A stretch of DNA of 64,000 nt from Flavobacterium sp. (GCF_036759525.1 NZ_DAIOUN010000008.1:10207-74206), one strand, 5' to 3'; numbered from the stretch's first letter, positions 1-9,326 are shown. Numbers and translations are program-made. The notes: generated by a model from the sequence alone, not told the origin.

Positions 1-1531
1 GAAATGTACCGGTTACAGACGTACCCGAAGCTACAATTTGTAGAAGTGTAGGTTGGGTAGCTGGTGTTGAACAAGGAGGTGGAGTTATTAAATTCACTGT
101 ATAATCTTCAGTTTCACCAAATGTTCCTGACATCGTACAACTCATCGATGAAGTAACAGTAAGATTGTAAGCATATCTTACTCTCATTTTAACCAAGCCA
201 TTAGCGGCAGTTAAAGGGATTGGTATTGATATATTAGTAGTTGAATTTGGTGCCATTGCATTACTAATCAAGAAGAATTCTCCAGGGTCTGTAAATACGC
301 CATTTTGATTAAAATCAAACCAAACTCCGGCACCATGATTTCCGGTTCCGGGTCCAACACGAAGTTGTAAATTATAGGCTACTCCTTTAATTAAAGTTGT
401 AGTTTGAGTTCCGGTTGCCGGATATATTGTAAATCCTCCAGTTGAACATAATGAAGTATTGTCTAAAGTATTAATAACTACTCGATTGATATAGTCGTTT
501 GCCGTACAGTTTAAATTTCCTACCGGAGCACAATGTGTTACACAGTTTGGACCAACTGTCGTAGTAACAGTTACATCTGAAGAAACACTGCCACAATCCC
601 CATTGGTTATTGTCCACCTAAAGACGGCAACTCCATTTGTTGCTAAATCAGTAATGGATGTGGTTGGACTATTTGGGCTTACAATGGTTCCTATTCCGGA
701 AATACGCGTCCATGTTCCAACACCAAAAGAAGGTGTATTTGCATTTAATGTGGTTGAAGTTGTACAAATTGGTAAAGATTGATTGCTTCCAGCATTTGCA
801 GTTTGACTGGGACAATTGAATGTTATTCTAACTTGTCCATTTCCACCAATTCCCCCAAAGCGATCTCCATTATTAGTTCTCAAGCCACCACCGCCACCAC
901 CGCCGGGTACTTGTCCTATATTTCCCGCTCCTTGGTTTGTACGGCCATTACCTCCAATGCCCCCACCGGTTGGTGGAGTAGGAGCTATGTTTGATGTTGA
1001 ATTGGAACCGTCAGCACCCGTTCCTGCAGAAGAACCTCCACCACCACTGTACGTAGCTGTTCCGTCTGCACCCGTTCCACCAGAATAAACGACATCTCCA
1101 ATACCCATATTCTTATCACCACCAATTCCGCCAGTTTGTGTGTTGTTTAAAACGCTACCACCTCCTTTAGCTAAAATGGTTGTAGCATTTCCAAACCAAG
1201 AGTCACCACCGGGACTTGTGCTATTTGAGCCCAAGCCAACCGTAACAGTATAACTCGTATTGGGGATAACGGAAATGACTTTTCTGGAATAGGCACCACC
1301 GCCACCGCCACCAGAAGTTCCGTTTGAAGTTCGGGTTCCACCTTTTCCACCGCCACCCCATACTTCTACTGTAACGGAAGTAACACCTTCCGGTGCTATC
1401 CAGTTACCGGTTGCAGAATAAGTTACTGTAGTTTGGCCTATTAGTTTATCAGGCAAAACGGAAAAAAGCAATAAAAGGATTAGACTTTTAAAGATATTAG
1501 AAACGACGGTTAACAAGTAGTTTTTTCTCAT
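1..1531 (-). CDS. Large secreted multidomain surface protein, N-terminal part only (glycine-rich domain, Cys-containing Ig-like module, GEVED-type domain); C-terminus lies beyond the left window edge
   Basis: The ATG is at 1531-1529 on the minus strand. My hand translation is MRKNYLLTVVSNIFKSLILLLLFSVLPDKLIGQTTVTYSATGNWIAPEGVTSVTVEVWGGGGKGG..., a signal peptide followed by long Gly-rich tracts. Further on come ...TWTRISG...FRWTITNGDCG... and ...GETEDYTVNL (a GEVED-like motif). The frame stays open to position 2. It is missing from the ORF track because no stop codon lies inside the window. Confidence 0.75.
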   Translation of the reverse strand, partial: MRKNYLLTVVSNIFKSLILLLLFSVLPDKLIGQTTVTYSATGNWIAPEGVTSVTVEVWGGGGKGGTRTSNGTSGGGGGGAYSRKVISVIPNTSYTVTVGLGSNSTSPGGDSWFGNATTILAKGGGSVLNNTQTGGIGGDKNMGIGDVVYSGGTGADGTATYSGGGGSSAGTGADGSNSTSNIAPTPPTGGGIGGNGRTNQGAGNIGQVPGGGGGGGLRTNNGDRFGGIGGNGQVRITFNCPSQTANAGSNQSLPICTTSTTLNANTPSFGVGTWTRISGIGTIVSPNSPTTSITDLATNGVAVFRWTITNGDCGSVSSDVTVTTTVGPNCVTHCAPVGNLNCTANDYINRVVINTLDNTSLCSTGGFTIYPATGTQTTTLIKGVAYNLQLRVGPGTGNHGAGVWFDFNQNGVFTDPGEFFLISNAMAPNSTTNISIPIPLTAANGLVKMRVRYAYNLTVTSSMSCTMSGTFGETEDYTVNLITPPPCSTPATQPTLLQIVASGTSVTGTF

Positions 1532-1766
1532 ATTGGTATTGTTTGGCTTGTAATTTGGGTTGTTTTTGACTGTAGATTTCAAAAACATAAAGTAAAATTA
1601 TTGGACTAATTTATTTTAACTATTTTTTAACGGTAAAATGTAAAAAAAATCGATTAAATGCATCAAATTAACTTTTTTGGGTTGTTTTACGAGTAATAAA
1701 TCTTAAAAATTGAAAAAATTTAAATTTTGGATTTTTGTGATTTTTGTCTGTGAAAGATATTTTGGT

Positions 1767-1774
1767 TATATTTG
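1767..1774 (+). promoter_or_regulatory. Bacteroidota-type -7 promoter box (TAtaTTTG) for the 1787 gene
   Basis: Exact match to TAnnTTTG, 12 nt before the ATG at 1787. It overlaps the TTG that the ORF track used as a start. Confidence 0.4.
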
Positions 1775-1786
1775 AATCATCATACT

Positions 1787-3631
1787 ATGAAGATTATGAG
1801 AAAATTAGACTTCTTTTTGGGTTTGGTCTTCGTTTTTATTACGTATCAATCCTTTGGGCAACTTTTTGTTGGTGCAAATAGTTATTTATATGTTGCGGAT
1901 CAGTATTTTACAGTGGTTCAGAATATAAATTTAAATTCCACAGGTCATATTTACTTGCGAAACGACAGCCAGGTTTTACAAAAGACAACATCAACCTCTG
2001 CTAATTCCGGTTTAGGGGTTCTGTCTGTTTTTCAAGAAGGAACTGTAAATAATTTTCAATACAATTATTGGTCTTCCCCCGTTGGGAGTGTTGGTGTGGG
2101 GTCGGGAAATCTTCCTTTCCGAATAACACAACTCCATCAGCCCGCAACACTATTAACTAGTAGTCCCGCAGTAATGATGTCAAATTCTGCTTTGGATGGA
2201 TTAGCCAATCCTTTATCTATAGCTCGGAGATGGGTATATAAATTTTTAAGTTCTGAAACCTATTCGGATTGGTTGTATGTTGGTGTTGGAGGTATTGGTG
2301 CCGGAGAAGGATTTACTATGAAGGGTACTTCCGGTACAGATAATACATCGGTATTGGGTGTTGTTAATAATCCCGGAAGTCGTCAAAGATATGATTTTAG
2401 AGGCAGACCCAACGATGGTAATATCTCCATTTCAATAGTTAACGGAAAATCTACTTTAACCGGTAATCCGTATCCTTCGGCTATTGATTTACGTCAATTT
2501 TTAGTAGACGGATATAACGGTGGTGCAGGACTTATAGACGGAACAGCTTTGTTTTGGGAGCATGATAAATCAGTTAATTCTCATATTCTTGCTGCTTACA
2601 GAGGGGGGTATGGTGTTTATAATGGAACAACCAATTTGTACACTCCCGCCACTTTCTATAATTATGACGGTGCCGGAAACCAAACTACAGTTGCAAGTTC
2701 TCCCATGAATTATTATGAGAGAAGATTTTCGCCAATAGGACAAGGATTTATGTTGAGAGGTATAGCAACCGGAACTTTACAAATGCGAAATACCTATCGT
2801 GTTTATGTAAAAGAAAATGTATTGAATCAGTCACAGTTTGAAAGAAATTCAAATATACAGCAAGTTTCTTCTACCGATGAATTTTACGATGCAATACCTA
2901 ATGTTGCTAATATAGATTATACCCAAATTAGTAAATTACCAACACCTCATTTAAAAATCAATACATTACTCAACAACCAAGCTGTAAGACAAGTTTTGCT
3001 TTGCTTCATGGATGCTGCAGTTGATGGTTTGGATGGAGGTGATTCTAAATCTCCTGATTCAGGTGGAAATTTGCCTTTTGATACTTATTTTTATTTGGCT
3101 AATGATGAATACGTTCATTCAACTACAAGTTTTGATATTACAAAACGATTCCCGTTAGGTTTTAAAAATACTTCGTCAGCTGTTTTTAAAATTCAAGTTG
3201 CAGAAATGGTTAATTTCTCACAAGCAGATGAGGTGTATTTGCATGATAAAGTTACAGGTTTGTATCATGATATTAAAAATCAGGCCTACGAATTTGGAAT
3301 AGAGCCGGGGGTTCATAATGATCGTTATGAAATTACTTTTTTATCAACCCAATTAAGTCTAGATGAAAATGAACCTAAATCCCTTCAAGTTATCCAAAAT
3401 AATGAATTAGCTCAAATACAAATTTACAATCCTAATAGACTTGAAATTCAAAACGTAGCCGTTTATGATTTATCCGGGAAATTAATCTTAAATCCAAAAG
3501 AAATAGGAAATTTGGTTCATTCTCAGATAGCAACGCAATCCTTAAGCGATGGAGTTTATATTGTTCATATGATTACTTCTGAACAAAAGAATCATGTTCA
3601 TAAAATACAAGTATTGCGTTCTAAAAAATAA
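1787..3631 (+). CDS. Secreted hypothetical protein with T9SS type-A C-terminal sorting domain
   Basis: Signal peptide MKIMRKLDFFLGLVFVFITYQSFGQ. The C-terminus ...VAVYDLSGKLIL...LSDGVYIVHMITSEQKNHVHKIQVLR has the typical Por/T9SS CTD pattern. I moved the start from the track's TTG (1772) to the first ATG because the -7 box overlaps 1772. Confidence 0.8.
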   Translation: MKIMRKLDFFLGLVFVFITYQSFGQLFVGANSYLYVADQYFTVVQNINLNSTGHIYLRNDSQVLQKTTSTSANSGLGVLSVFQEGTVNNFQYNYWSSPVGSVGVGSGNLPFRITQLHQPATLLTSSPAVMMSNSALDGLANPLSIARRWVYKFLSSETYSDWLYVGVGGIGAGEGFTMKGTSGTDNTSVLGVVNNPGSRQRYDFRGRPNDGNISISIVNGKSTLTGNPYPSAIDLRQFLVDGYNGGAGLIDGTALFWEHDKSVNSHILAAYRGGYGVYNGTTNLYTPATFYNYDGAGNQTTVASSPMNYYERRFSPIGQGFMLRGIATGTLQMRNTYRVYVKENVLNQSQFERNSNIQQVSSTDEFYDAIPNVANIDYTQISKLPTPHLKINTLLNNQAVRQVLLCFMDAAVDGLDGGDSKSPDSGGNLPFDTYFYLANDEYVHSTTSFDITKRFPLGFKNTSSAVFKIQVAEMVNFSQADEVYLHDKVTGLYHDIKNQAYEFGIEPGVHNDRYEITFLSTQLSLDENEPKSLQVIQNNELAQIQIYNPNRLEIQNVAVYDLSGKLILNPKEIGNLVHSQIATQSLSDGVYIVHMITSEQKNHVHKIQVLRSKK

Positions 3632-3680
3632 GAACATTTCTTTTTGGGAAGATTCAAATTGTAGTTGTTGGTAGAATAAC

Positions 3681-3688
3681 TACCTTTG
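3681..3688 (+). promoter_or_regulatory. -7 promoter box (TAccTTTG) immediately upstream of the 3693 ATG
   Basis: Exact TAnnTTTG match. Its terminal G is only 4 nt from the ATG at 3693. Confidence 0.4.
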
Positions 3689-3692
3689 TTTT

Positions 3693-4592
3693 ATGCCAAT
3701 TTATTCTGAAAATCAATTTATTTTTCAAAATTCAAATGGGGTCTCTCTTTACATCAAAAGAGAAGACTTGTTGCATCCTGTAGTTTCGGGAAATAAATTT
3801 AGAAAATTAAAATACAATATTTTAGAAGCAAAATCTCTTGATTGTACCACTATAATTACTTTTGGTGGGGCCTATTCCAATCATATTGTTGCAGTGGCTT
3901 ATGCAGGAAAAAAAGCGGGTTTAAAGACTATTGGTATCATTAGAGGTGATGAAATAGAAAAGGATGTAGAGTTAAATCCTACCCTAAAAAATGCTAAGTT
4001 ATTTGGTATGGAGTTGGTTTTTGTGTCGAGATCGCACTACAAAAACAAACATGAATCGGAATATGTAGACGAATTAAAAGCAAAATATGGTTCATTTTAT
4101 TTAGTTCCTGAAGGAGGTACAAATCATTTTGGAGTAAAAGGTTGTGAAGAAATTTTAGAACCTACAGATACGTTATTTGATTACATAGCTTGTTCAGTTG
4201 GTACCGGTGGAACGATTTCCGGACTCATTAATTCTTTGAAGGAGCATCAAAAAGTTTTGGGATTTCCGGCTTTAAAAGGTGCATTTATAAAAGAAGATAT
4301 TCGTAAATTTGCCAAAAACAATCAATGGGATTTGATTTCAGATTACCATTTTGGAGGATATGCAAAAATTAATTCCGATTTAGTGCGTTTTATAAATACG
4401 TTTAAATCCGATTTTAATATTCCCTTAGATCCGGTTTATACAGGTAAAATGATGTATGGTTTGTTTGATAAAATAGAAAAAAATCACTTTCCTGATGGTT
4501 CTAAAATATTAGCTATACATACCGGCGGATTACAAGGAATTGAAGGGATGAACTTGAAATTAGAAAAACAAAAATTACCCAAATTAATCTAA
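3693..4592 (+). CDS. PLP-dependent 1-aminocyclopropane-1-carboxylate deaminase / D-cysteine desulfhydrase family protein
   Basis: GNKFRKLKYN is the PLP-lysine motif of the ACC-deaminase/DcyD family. The Gly-rich GTGGTISG loop and the ~300 aa length also fit. Confidence 0.8.
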   Translation: MPIYSENQFIFQNSNGVSLYIKREDLLHPVVSGNKFRKLKYNILEAKSLDCTTIITFGGAYSNHIVAVAYAGKKAGLKTIGIIRGDEIEKDVELNPTLKNAKLFGMELVFVSRSHYKNKHESEYVDELKAKYGSFYLVPEGGTNHFGVKGCEEILEPTDTLFDYIACSVGTGGTISGLINSLKEHQKVLGFPALKGAFIKEDIRKFAKNNQWDLISDYHFGGYAKINSDLVRFINTFKSDFNIPLDPVYTGKMMYGLFDKIEKNHFPDGSKILAIHTGGLQGIEGMNLKLEKQKLPKLI

Positions 4593-5455
4593 TGAATTAC
4601 AGAATAATATTACTTGTTTCCATGGTTTTCTTGACTTCATGTTCCAGTCAAAAACCAGTTGTTAGAACAACCAAAAAACCTACTTCTACAACACGTACCA
4701 CTTCTACAAGTGCTTCCAATAGGACAACTAATACTAAATCTACAACAAAATCTACAAATTCTACAACGAGTGAAACTCGAGAAACACAAGTTTTGGAAGC
4801 TACCACTTCGTTGAAAGTTACCACTGAGGTAGTGCTTAAATATATAGAAGATTTTAAGGATATTGCCATTGATAATATGAGACAGCACGGTATTCCGGCG
4901 AGTATCACTTTGGCTCAAGGTATTTTAGAATCGGGTGCAGGTTTAGGTTCTTTGAGTATGAGAGCTAATAATCATTTTGGAATTAAATGTCACAAGGAGT
5001 GGAATGGGCCTAGTGTTAGACATGACGATGATTCAGAACAAGAGTGTTTTCGAAAATATGACCATCCGAGTGAATCCTACAGAGATCATTCCCTTTTCTT
5101 AACCAGTAGAAGTAGATATAGTTCCTTGTTTTCGTTACCCAGCACCGATTATGTGGCATGGGCTAAAGGACTAAAAGCAGCCGGATATGCCACAGATGTT
5201 AAATATCCCGATAAGTTAATTAGTTTGATTGAACGGTATAAATTGTATCAATACGATATAGCTTCCGATTCGGTTAAAAGAACTTCAAATTCTGTGGCTT
5301 CCGATAAAAATTCAACTGCAGAATATGTTGTGGTAAAGGGAGATACGCTTTATTCACTTTCCAAAAAATTCAATATATCAGTATCCGATTTAAAAAAGAA
5401 AAATAATTTGAGCTCAGATTCATTATCCGTTGGACAAAAATTGAGAGTTCGTTAA
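4592..5455 (+). CDS. Lipoprotein with Thr/Ser-rich linker, glucosaminidase (mannosyl-glycoprotein endo-beta-N-acetylglucosaminidase-like) domain and C-terminal LysM
   Basis: Lipobox LTSC. Low-complexity segment [48 protein letters not shown]...NNHFGIK is the glucosaminidase signature. [42 protein letters not shown] is a LysM domain. The start overlaps the previous stop (TAATG). Confidence 0.8.
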   Translation: MNYRIILLVSMVFLTSCSSQKPVVRTTKKPTSTTRTTSTSASNRTTNTKSTTKSTNSTTSETRETQVLEATTSLKVTTEVVLKYIEDFKDIAIDNMRQHGIPASITLAQGILESGAGLGSLSMRANNHFGIKCHKEWNGPSVRHDDDSEQECFRKYDHPSESYRDHSLFLTSRSRYSSLFSLPSTDYVAWAKGLKAAGYATDVKYPDKLISLIERYKLYQYDIASDSVKRTSNSVASDKNSTAEYVVVKGDTLYSLSKKFNISVSDLKKKNNLSSDSLSVGQKLRVR

Positions 5456-5471
5456 ATCCGTTTGTAATATT

Positions 5472-6761
5472 ATGTTATACCAGAGAAGTAGTTCTTTGTT
5501 TGCCCATGCTGAAAAAGTAATTCCCGGCGGAGTCAATTCTCCGGTTCGTGCTTTTAAAGGAGTAGGAGGTACACCCATATTTGTAAAAAAGGCCAAAGGG
5601 GCCTATCTTTATGACGAAGATGGGAATGTATTAATCGATTATATCAATTCATGGGGTCCTATGATTTTAGGACATGCTCATGAGGCTGTAGTTCAGGCTA
5701 TCACCGAAGCAGCCAAGAACGGAACTTCGTTTGGTATGCCTACTGAGATGGAGACTCAAATAGCTGAGCTGGCCATTTCTATGGTGCCAAATATTGAAAA
5801 AATCCGATTTGTAAATTCAGGAACCGAAGCTTGTATGAGTGCTATCAGATTGGCAAGAGGTTATACCCAACGCGATAAAATCATAAAGTTTGCCGGTTGT
5901 TATCACGGTCATTCCGATTCCTTTTTGATTCAAGCCGGTAGTGGTGCCAGTACATTTGGAGTGCCAAATAGTCCCGGTGTTACCCAAGGAACTGCAAAAG
6001 ATACATTGTTGGGACGTTTTAATGATTTGGAGCAAGTAAAATCTCTTTTTGCCAATAATCCAGAGCAAATTGCCGCATTAATTGTAGAGCCTGTAGCAGG
6101 AAACATGGGTTGTGTGCCACCACTTCCCGGATTTTTAGAAGGTTTACGTTCTCTTTGTGATGCAAACGGAACGGTATTGATTTTTGACGAGGTAATGACT
6201 GGATTTAGATTGGCTCCCGGTGGTGTTCAAGAGCTTTTTGGTATTCAAGCGGATTTAGTATGTTTTGGAAAAGTTATTGGTGGTGGTTTGCCAGTTGGAG
6301 CCTTTGCCGGTAAAAGTAAAATAATGGATTATTTAGCTCCTATTGGGCCCGTTTATCAAGCCGGTACATTATCGGGTAATCCATTAGCTATGGCAGCCGG
6401 GTTTTCTATGTTAACAGAGCTCAATACCAACCGACAAATATTTCAAAGTCTCAATGAAAAAACGGCTTATCTTGAAAACGGAATACACAAGGTTCTACAA
6501 AAAAACGGATTGACTTACACGATTAATAGAGTAGGCTCAATGATTTCGGTTCATTTTTCTTCGGAACCAGTAGTTGATTTTACTTCAGCTCAAAAAGGAG
6601 ACAATCAAATATTTAAAGATTTTTTTCATGGCTTATTAAATGAAGGAATCTACATTGCTCCGTCAGCCTATGAGACTTGGTTTATTACAGAGGCATTATC
6701 ATATTCAGATTTAGATAAAACCATTGCAGCAATTGACAAAGTATCAAAAACGCTTGTATAA
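5472..6761 (+). CDS. hemL: Glutamate-1-semialdehyde 2,1-aminomutase
   Basis: The N-terminus ...[21 protein letters not shown] and the PLP lysine context [14 protein letters not shown] are typical, as is the 429 aa length. Confidence 0.95.
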   Translation: MLYQRSSSLFAHAEKVIPGGVNSPVRAFKGVGGTPIFVKKAKGAYLYDEDGNVLIDYINSWGPMILGHAHEAVVQAITEAAKNGTSFGMPTEMETQIAELAISMVPNIEKIRFVNSGTEACMSAIRLARGYTQRDKIIKFAGCYHGHSDSFLIQAGSGASTFGVPNSPGVTQGTAKDTLLGRFNDLEQVKSLFANNPEQIAALIVEPVAGNMGCVPPLPGFLEGLRSLCDANGTVLIFDEVMTGFRLAPGGVQELFGIQADLVCFGKVIGGGLPVGAFAGKSKIMDYLAPIGPVYQAGTLSGNPLAMAAGFSMLTELNTNRQIFQSLNEKTAYLENGIHKVLQKNGLTYTINRVGSMISVHFSSEPVVDFTSAQKGDNQIFKDFFHGLLNEGIYIAPSAYETWFITEALSYSDLDKTIAAIDKVSKTLV

Positions 6762-6792
6762 AAAAAAGTCCCGTTTAAACGGGACTTTTTTT
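6761..6792. terminator. Bidirectional intrinsic terminator between hemL (+) and the 6791 gene (-)
   Basis: The GTCCCG/CGGGAC stem (6768-6773 / 6780-6785) is flanked by an A-run on the left and a T-run on the right. Confidence 0.7.
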
Positions 6793-7144
6793 ATGGTTTA
6801 TATTCTGTTAATCGAATAAATAAATCTGTTTTTTGCTTGAGCGTATCTCTCTGAGCATCGGTTAATCCACCCATTAATTTTTTGCCATATTGCGCATATA
6901 ATTCGGCTCTATTAGCTTCAGGTGCATTTGCTACAGCTTCGTTACGCATAACCAACAATGTCATCAAGTCATTCTTAAATTCCGGAGTAATGTCTATTAC
7001 TTTCATAATATCACTCAAGTCTTTCAATGCAGACTCTCTTAAACTTTGTTCTTTAGTTTGAGTTGCAGAACCTGTATTTGATTGTGCATTACTTTGAATT
7101 GTAAAAGCTGTGCATAGCAAAAAAGCAAATAGTATTTTTTTCAT
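6791..7144 (-). CDS. Small secreted helical protein with an LTxxQ motif (Spy/CpxP-like?)
   Basis: Signal peptide MKKILFAFLLCTAFTIQSNAQ and one LTDAQ motif. It has no other recognisable domain. Confidence 0.6.
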   Translation of the reverse strand: MKKILFAFLLCTAFTIQSNAQSNTGSATQTKEQSLRESALKDLSDIMKVIDITPEFKNDLMTLLVMRNEAVANAPEANRAELYAQYGKKLMGGLTDAQRDTLKQKTDLFIRLTEYKP

Positions 7145-7221
7145 AATAATATACCCTTTAAAATTTAGATTAAGCGAATGTATATTATTTTAAGAAAACA
7201 ACAAAATATAATTTCATAATT

Positions 7222-7677
7222 TTATTTTCTAAACTGATTTTCTCTTTTTTGATTTTTGGGTCTGGATTTCATTTTTTCCTTATTCTGAGCCATTTTTGAT
7301 TCCCATTTTGTAAATTGTTCAGGAGTCAGAATTTTTTTCATTTCGGCTTTGAATGCGATTTGATTATCTAACATTTCATTTTGTAACTCAAATTTTTCAT
7401 CTGCCGAAAGGGATTTGTTTTCAGCTCTTTTTTCCTTTAATTCATTTTGCTTTTTTTCTCTTTTTTGGGCTTGAGATACCAAAACTTTTTTTAATTCTGT
7501 TTGTTGCTTCGTAGTTAGATCAAGATCTAAAGTTAATCTTTTGGTTTGCAATTCAACGCGTTGTTCAACGGTTAATTTTTCTCTTTGTGAATTCCCTTTT
7601 TTAGTGCTGGATTCAAGTTCCTGTCCGATTGTTGTAAATCCGGTGATAAAAACCAGAATGCATACGATTTTTTTCAT
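7222..7677 (-). CDS. Secreted Lys/Glu-rich LTxxQ-repeat protein (Spy/CpxP/ZraP-like periplasmic family)
   Basis: Signal peptide MKKIVCILVFITGFTTIGQ. Three LTxxQ motifs are present (LTVEQ, LTTKQ, LTPEQ) in a charged, helical-looking sequence. Confidence 0.65.
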   Translation of the reverse strand: MKKIVCILVFITGFTTIGQELESSTKKGNSQREKLTVEQRVELQTKRLTLDLDLTTKQQTELKKVLVSQAQKREKKQNELKEKRAENKSLSADEKFELQNEMLDNQIAFKAEMKKILTPEQFTKWESKMAQNKEKMKSRPKNQKRENQFRK

Positions 7678-7742
7678 GATTGATAATTTTTAGGTTATAG
7701 CTATAAGACCCAAAGAATATCTAATGGTTTAATTTCTATTAT

Positions 7743-7770
7743 AAAAAAAAGAACCTGAAAAGGTTCTTTT
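7743..7770 (-). terminator. Intrinsic terminator after the 7779-9326 gene
   Basis: GAACC/GGTTC stem, extended by A:T pairs. Read on the minus strand it is followed by a T-run (the A8 run on the plus strand). Confidence 0.55.
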
Positions 7771-7778
7771 GGTAGATT

Positions 7779-9326
7779 TTATATTTTTAAATAGCCGTAT
7801 CGTGCAGATGATGTGCCACATCTTGACCTAACCAAATAGGAGCCGTCTGATAGCGGTATGGCAAATGAAGTATCCAATTCAAAGCAATGTGCTTTGGTTC
7901 CGCCAACTCCTGCATTGGGGATGTCAAAATTTTCAATAAGGTTTCCAGTTGCATCATAAGTATGCAATACTGGGATTCTGGATTTGTAGGGTACACGAAT
8001 TACCCCAGTATTTAAATCTATTGTTCTGTTAAAAATGATAGACAATTTTTGGTTTCTTAAAAAGTACAAACCACTAACAAAATCTCCATTATCATTTATG
8101 GTATCCGGTTCCGGATTGTTGATGTTTTTTAGCCAATCTAAATTACCATCAGCCAAGTTAATCATAACTACAGTCATTCCGTTACTACTAAATTGGTATT
8201 CATAACGGTATTCTAGAGGTTTAGAAGGGTCTGCAGAAGGTAAACGTTTGGTGTTTTTCTTTATTTGGTCATAAATAACCCATGCCTTTCCTTGGTCAAG
8301 TAGCACTTCTTTTAAAAAGAAACTTTTGTATTTTTCGGTGTTTATAGTTTTAAAATAATCTTTAGCACCGGTTTGAGCATTAAACTTACCTACAACAAGT
8401 CCGTTCGAAGGAGAAGATTCGCCATATTTTACACTAAAAAAACGGGCACTATCCGAGAAAAATCCATTCAAATAAAAATTGGTGTCGTCAAAAGTAATTT
8501 TGTACTGATTGATTTGAAGGTAATCAAATTCTAAGTTTAGTGGGTGTTCTATTACTTTAGTATCATTTGAGTTCCAAAAAAACAAAGACATATATGGCTT
8601 CATTTTGGGTAAGTCAATGTTTTTTACTAGTACTACATTACCGGAATTGGAAACATATAACGTGTGATCACCGGATTGTTTAGACGAGAAGGGAAATTCG
8701 TATTCGACTTCTTTAATAACTTTAAATTTTGAATCTAATAATGTTAAAGCTATTTTTTGATTTACTTTTTTATCGTAAGATGGTTGCTTTAGCACCACAT
8801 AAAATTGTTTGTTTTCTGAACGAGCAATAAAAAAATCTCCGCTGTTAACTCCGTTTTTTGCTGTAAAGGATGTAACGAGTTGAGGTTTTGTAGGGGTTCC
8901 CGTATCAAAATTTACTTTTCGGAAAAACAATTCATTTTCTCTGGATTCTCTATTGAATTCGCTTAAAAATTGAACTTGCTCTCTACCCGACAAATAAAAT
9001 GTATTCACAATGGTAAGCATATTGAGTCCCATAACAGGTTGGCTTACCGATACATTTTTGGTGTCGTCAAGTTCGAAATCATCTTTTGAGTCGTAAATGT
9101 CAACAAAAATATCCGTATTGAAAATTTTGCTATTGTAAATTGACCTGAGTTTAAACAGTTTTGATCCATCAAAATAATGCTGAACATCATGTTCAGTTTC
9201 ATTTTCAATTTTAGTAGATGTTTCTTTCCATTGAAAAGTGGGTTTAGTTTGGCTAAAACTTGTAAATGATAGTAAAAACAGACAAAATAATGCAATTCTA
9301 CTACTGTATTGTTTTTGAAATTTCAT
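7779..9326 (-). CDS. Secreted hypothetical protein (515 aa), no recognisable domain
   Basis: Long ORF with the signal peptide ...RIALFCLFLLSFTSFSQ. It starts 13 nt downstream of the lysS stop, so it probably shares an operon with lysS. Confidence 0.7.
   Translation of the reverse strand: MKFQKQYSSRIALFCLFLLSFTSFSQTKPTFQWKETSTKIENETEHDVQHYFDGSKLFKLRSIYNSKIFNTDIFVDIYDSKDDFELDDTKNVSVSQPVMGLNMLTIVNTFYLSGREQVQFLSEFNRESRENELFFRKVNFDTGTPTKPQLVTSFTAKNGVNSGDFFIARSENKQFYVVLKQPSYDKKVNQKIALTLLDSKFKVIKEVEYEFPFSSKQSGDHTLYVSNSGNVVLVKNIDLPKMKPYMSLFFWNSNDTKVIEHPLNLEFDYLQINQYKITFDDTNFYLNGFFSDSARFFSVKYGESSPSNGLVVGKFNAQTGAKDYFKTINTEKYKSFFLKEVLLDQGKAWVIYDQIKKNTKRLPSADPSKPLEYRYEYQFSSNGMTVVMINLADGNLDWLKNINNPEPDTINDNGDFVSGLYFLRNQKLSIIFNRTIDLNTGVIRVPYKSRIPVLHTYDATGNLIENFDIPNAGVGGTKAHCFELDTSFAIPLSDGSYLVRSRCGTSSARYGYLKI

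Noticed and set aside
779-1356. Plus-strand ORFs 779-994 and 816-1088 (the latter a Pro-rich 90 aa ORF), and minus-strand ORF 1171-1356
   Set aside because: All three lie inside the long open minus-strand glycine-rich gene (1-1531). GGN-rich coding sequence reads as CCN (Pro) on the opposite strand, so these are frame or antisense artefacts.
4637-4918. Two overlapping minus-strand ORFs (93 and 86 aa) inside the glucosaminidase-LysM gene
   Set aside because: They coincide exactly with the low-complexity Thr/Ser-rich linker, whose repetitive codons lack stops on the antisense strand. They have no promoter, signal peptide or domain features.
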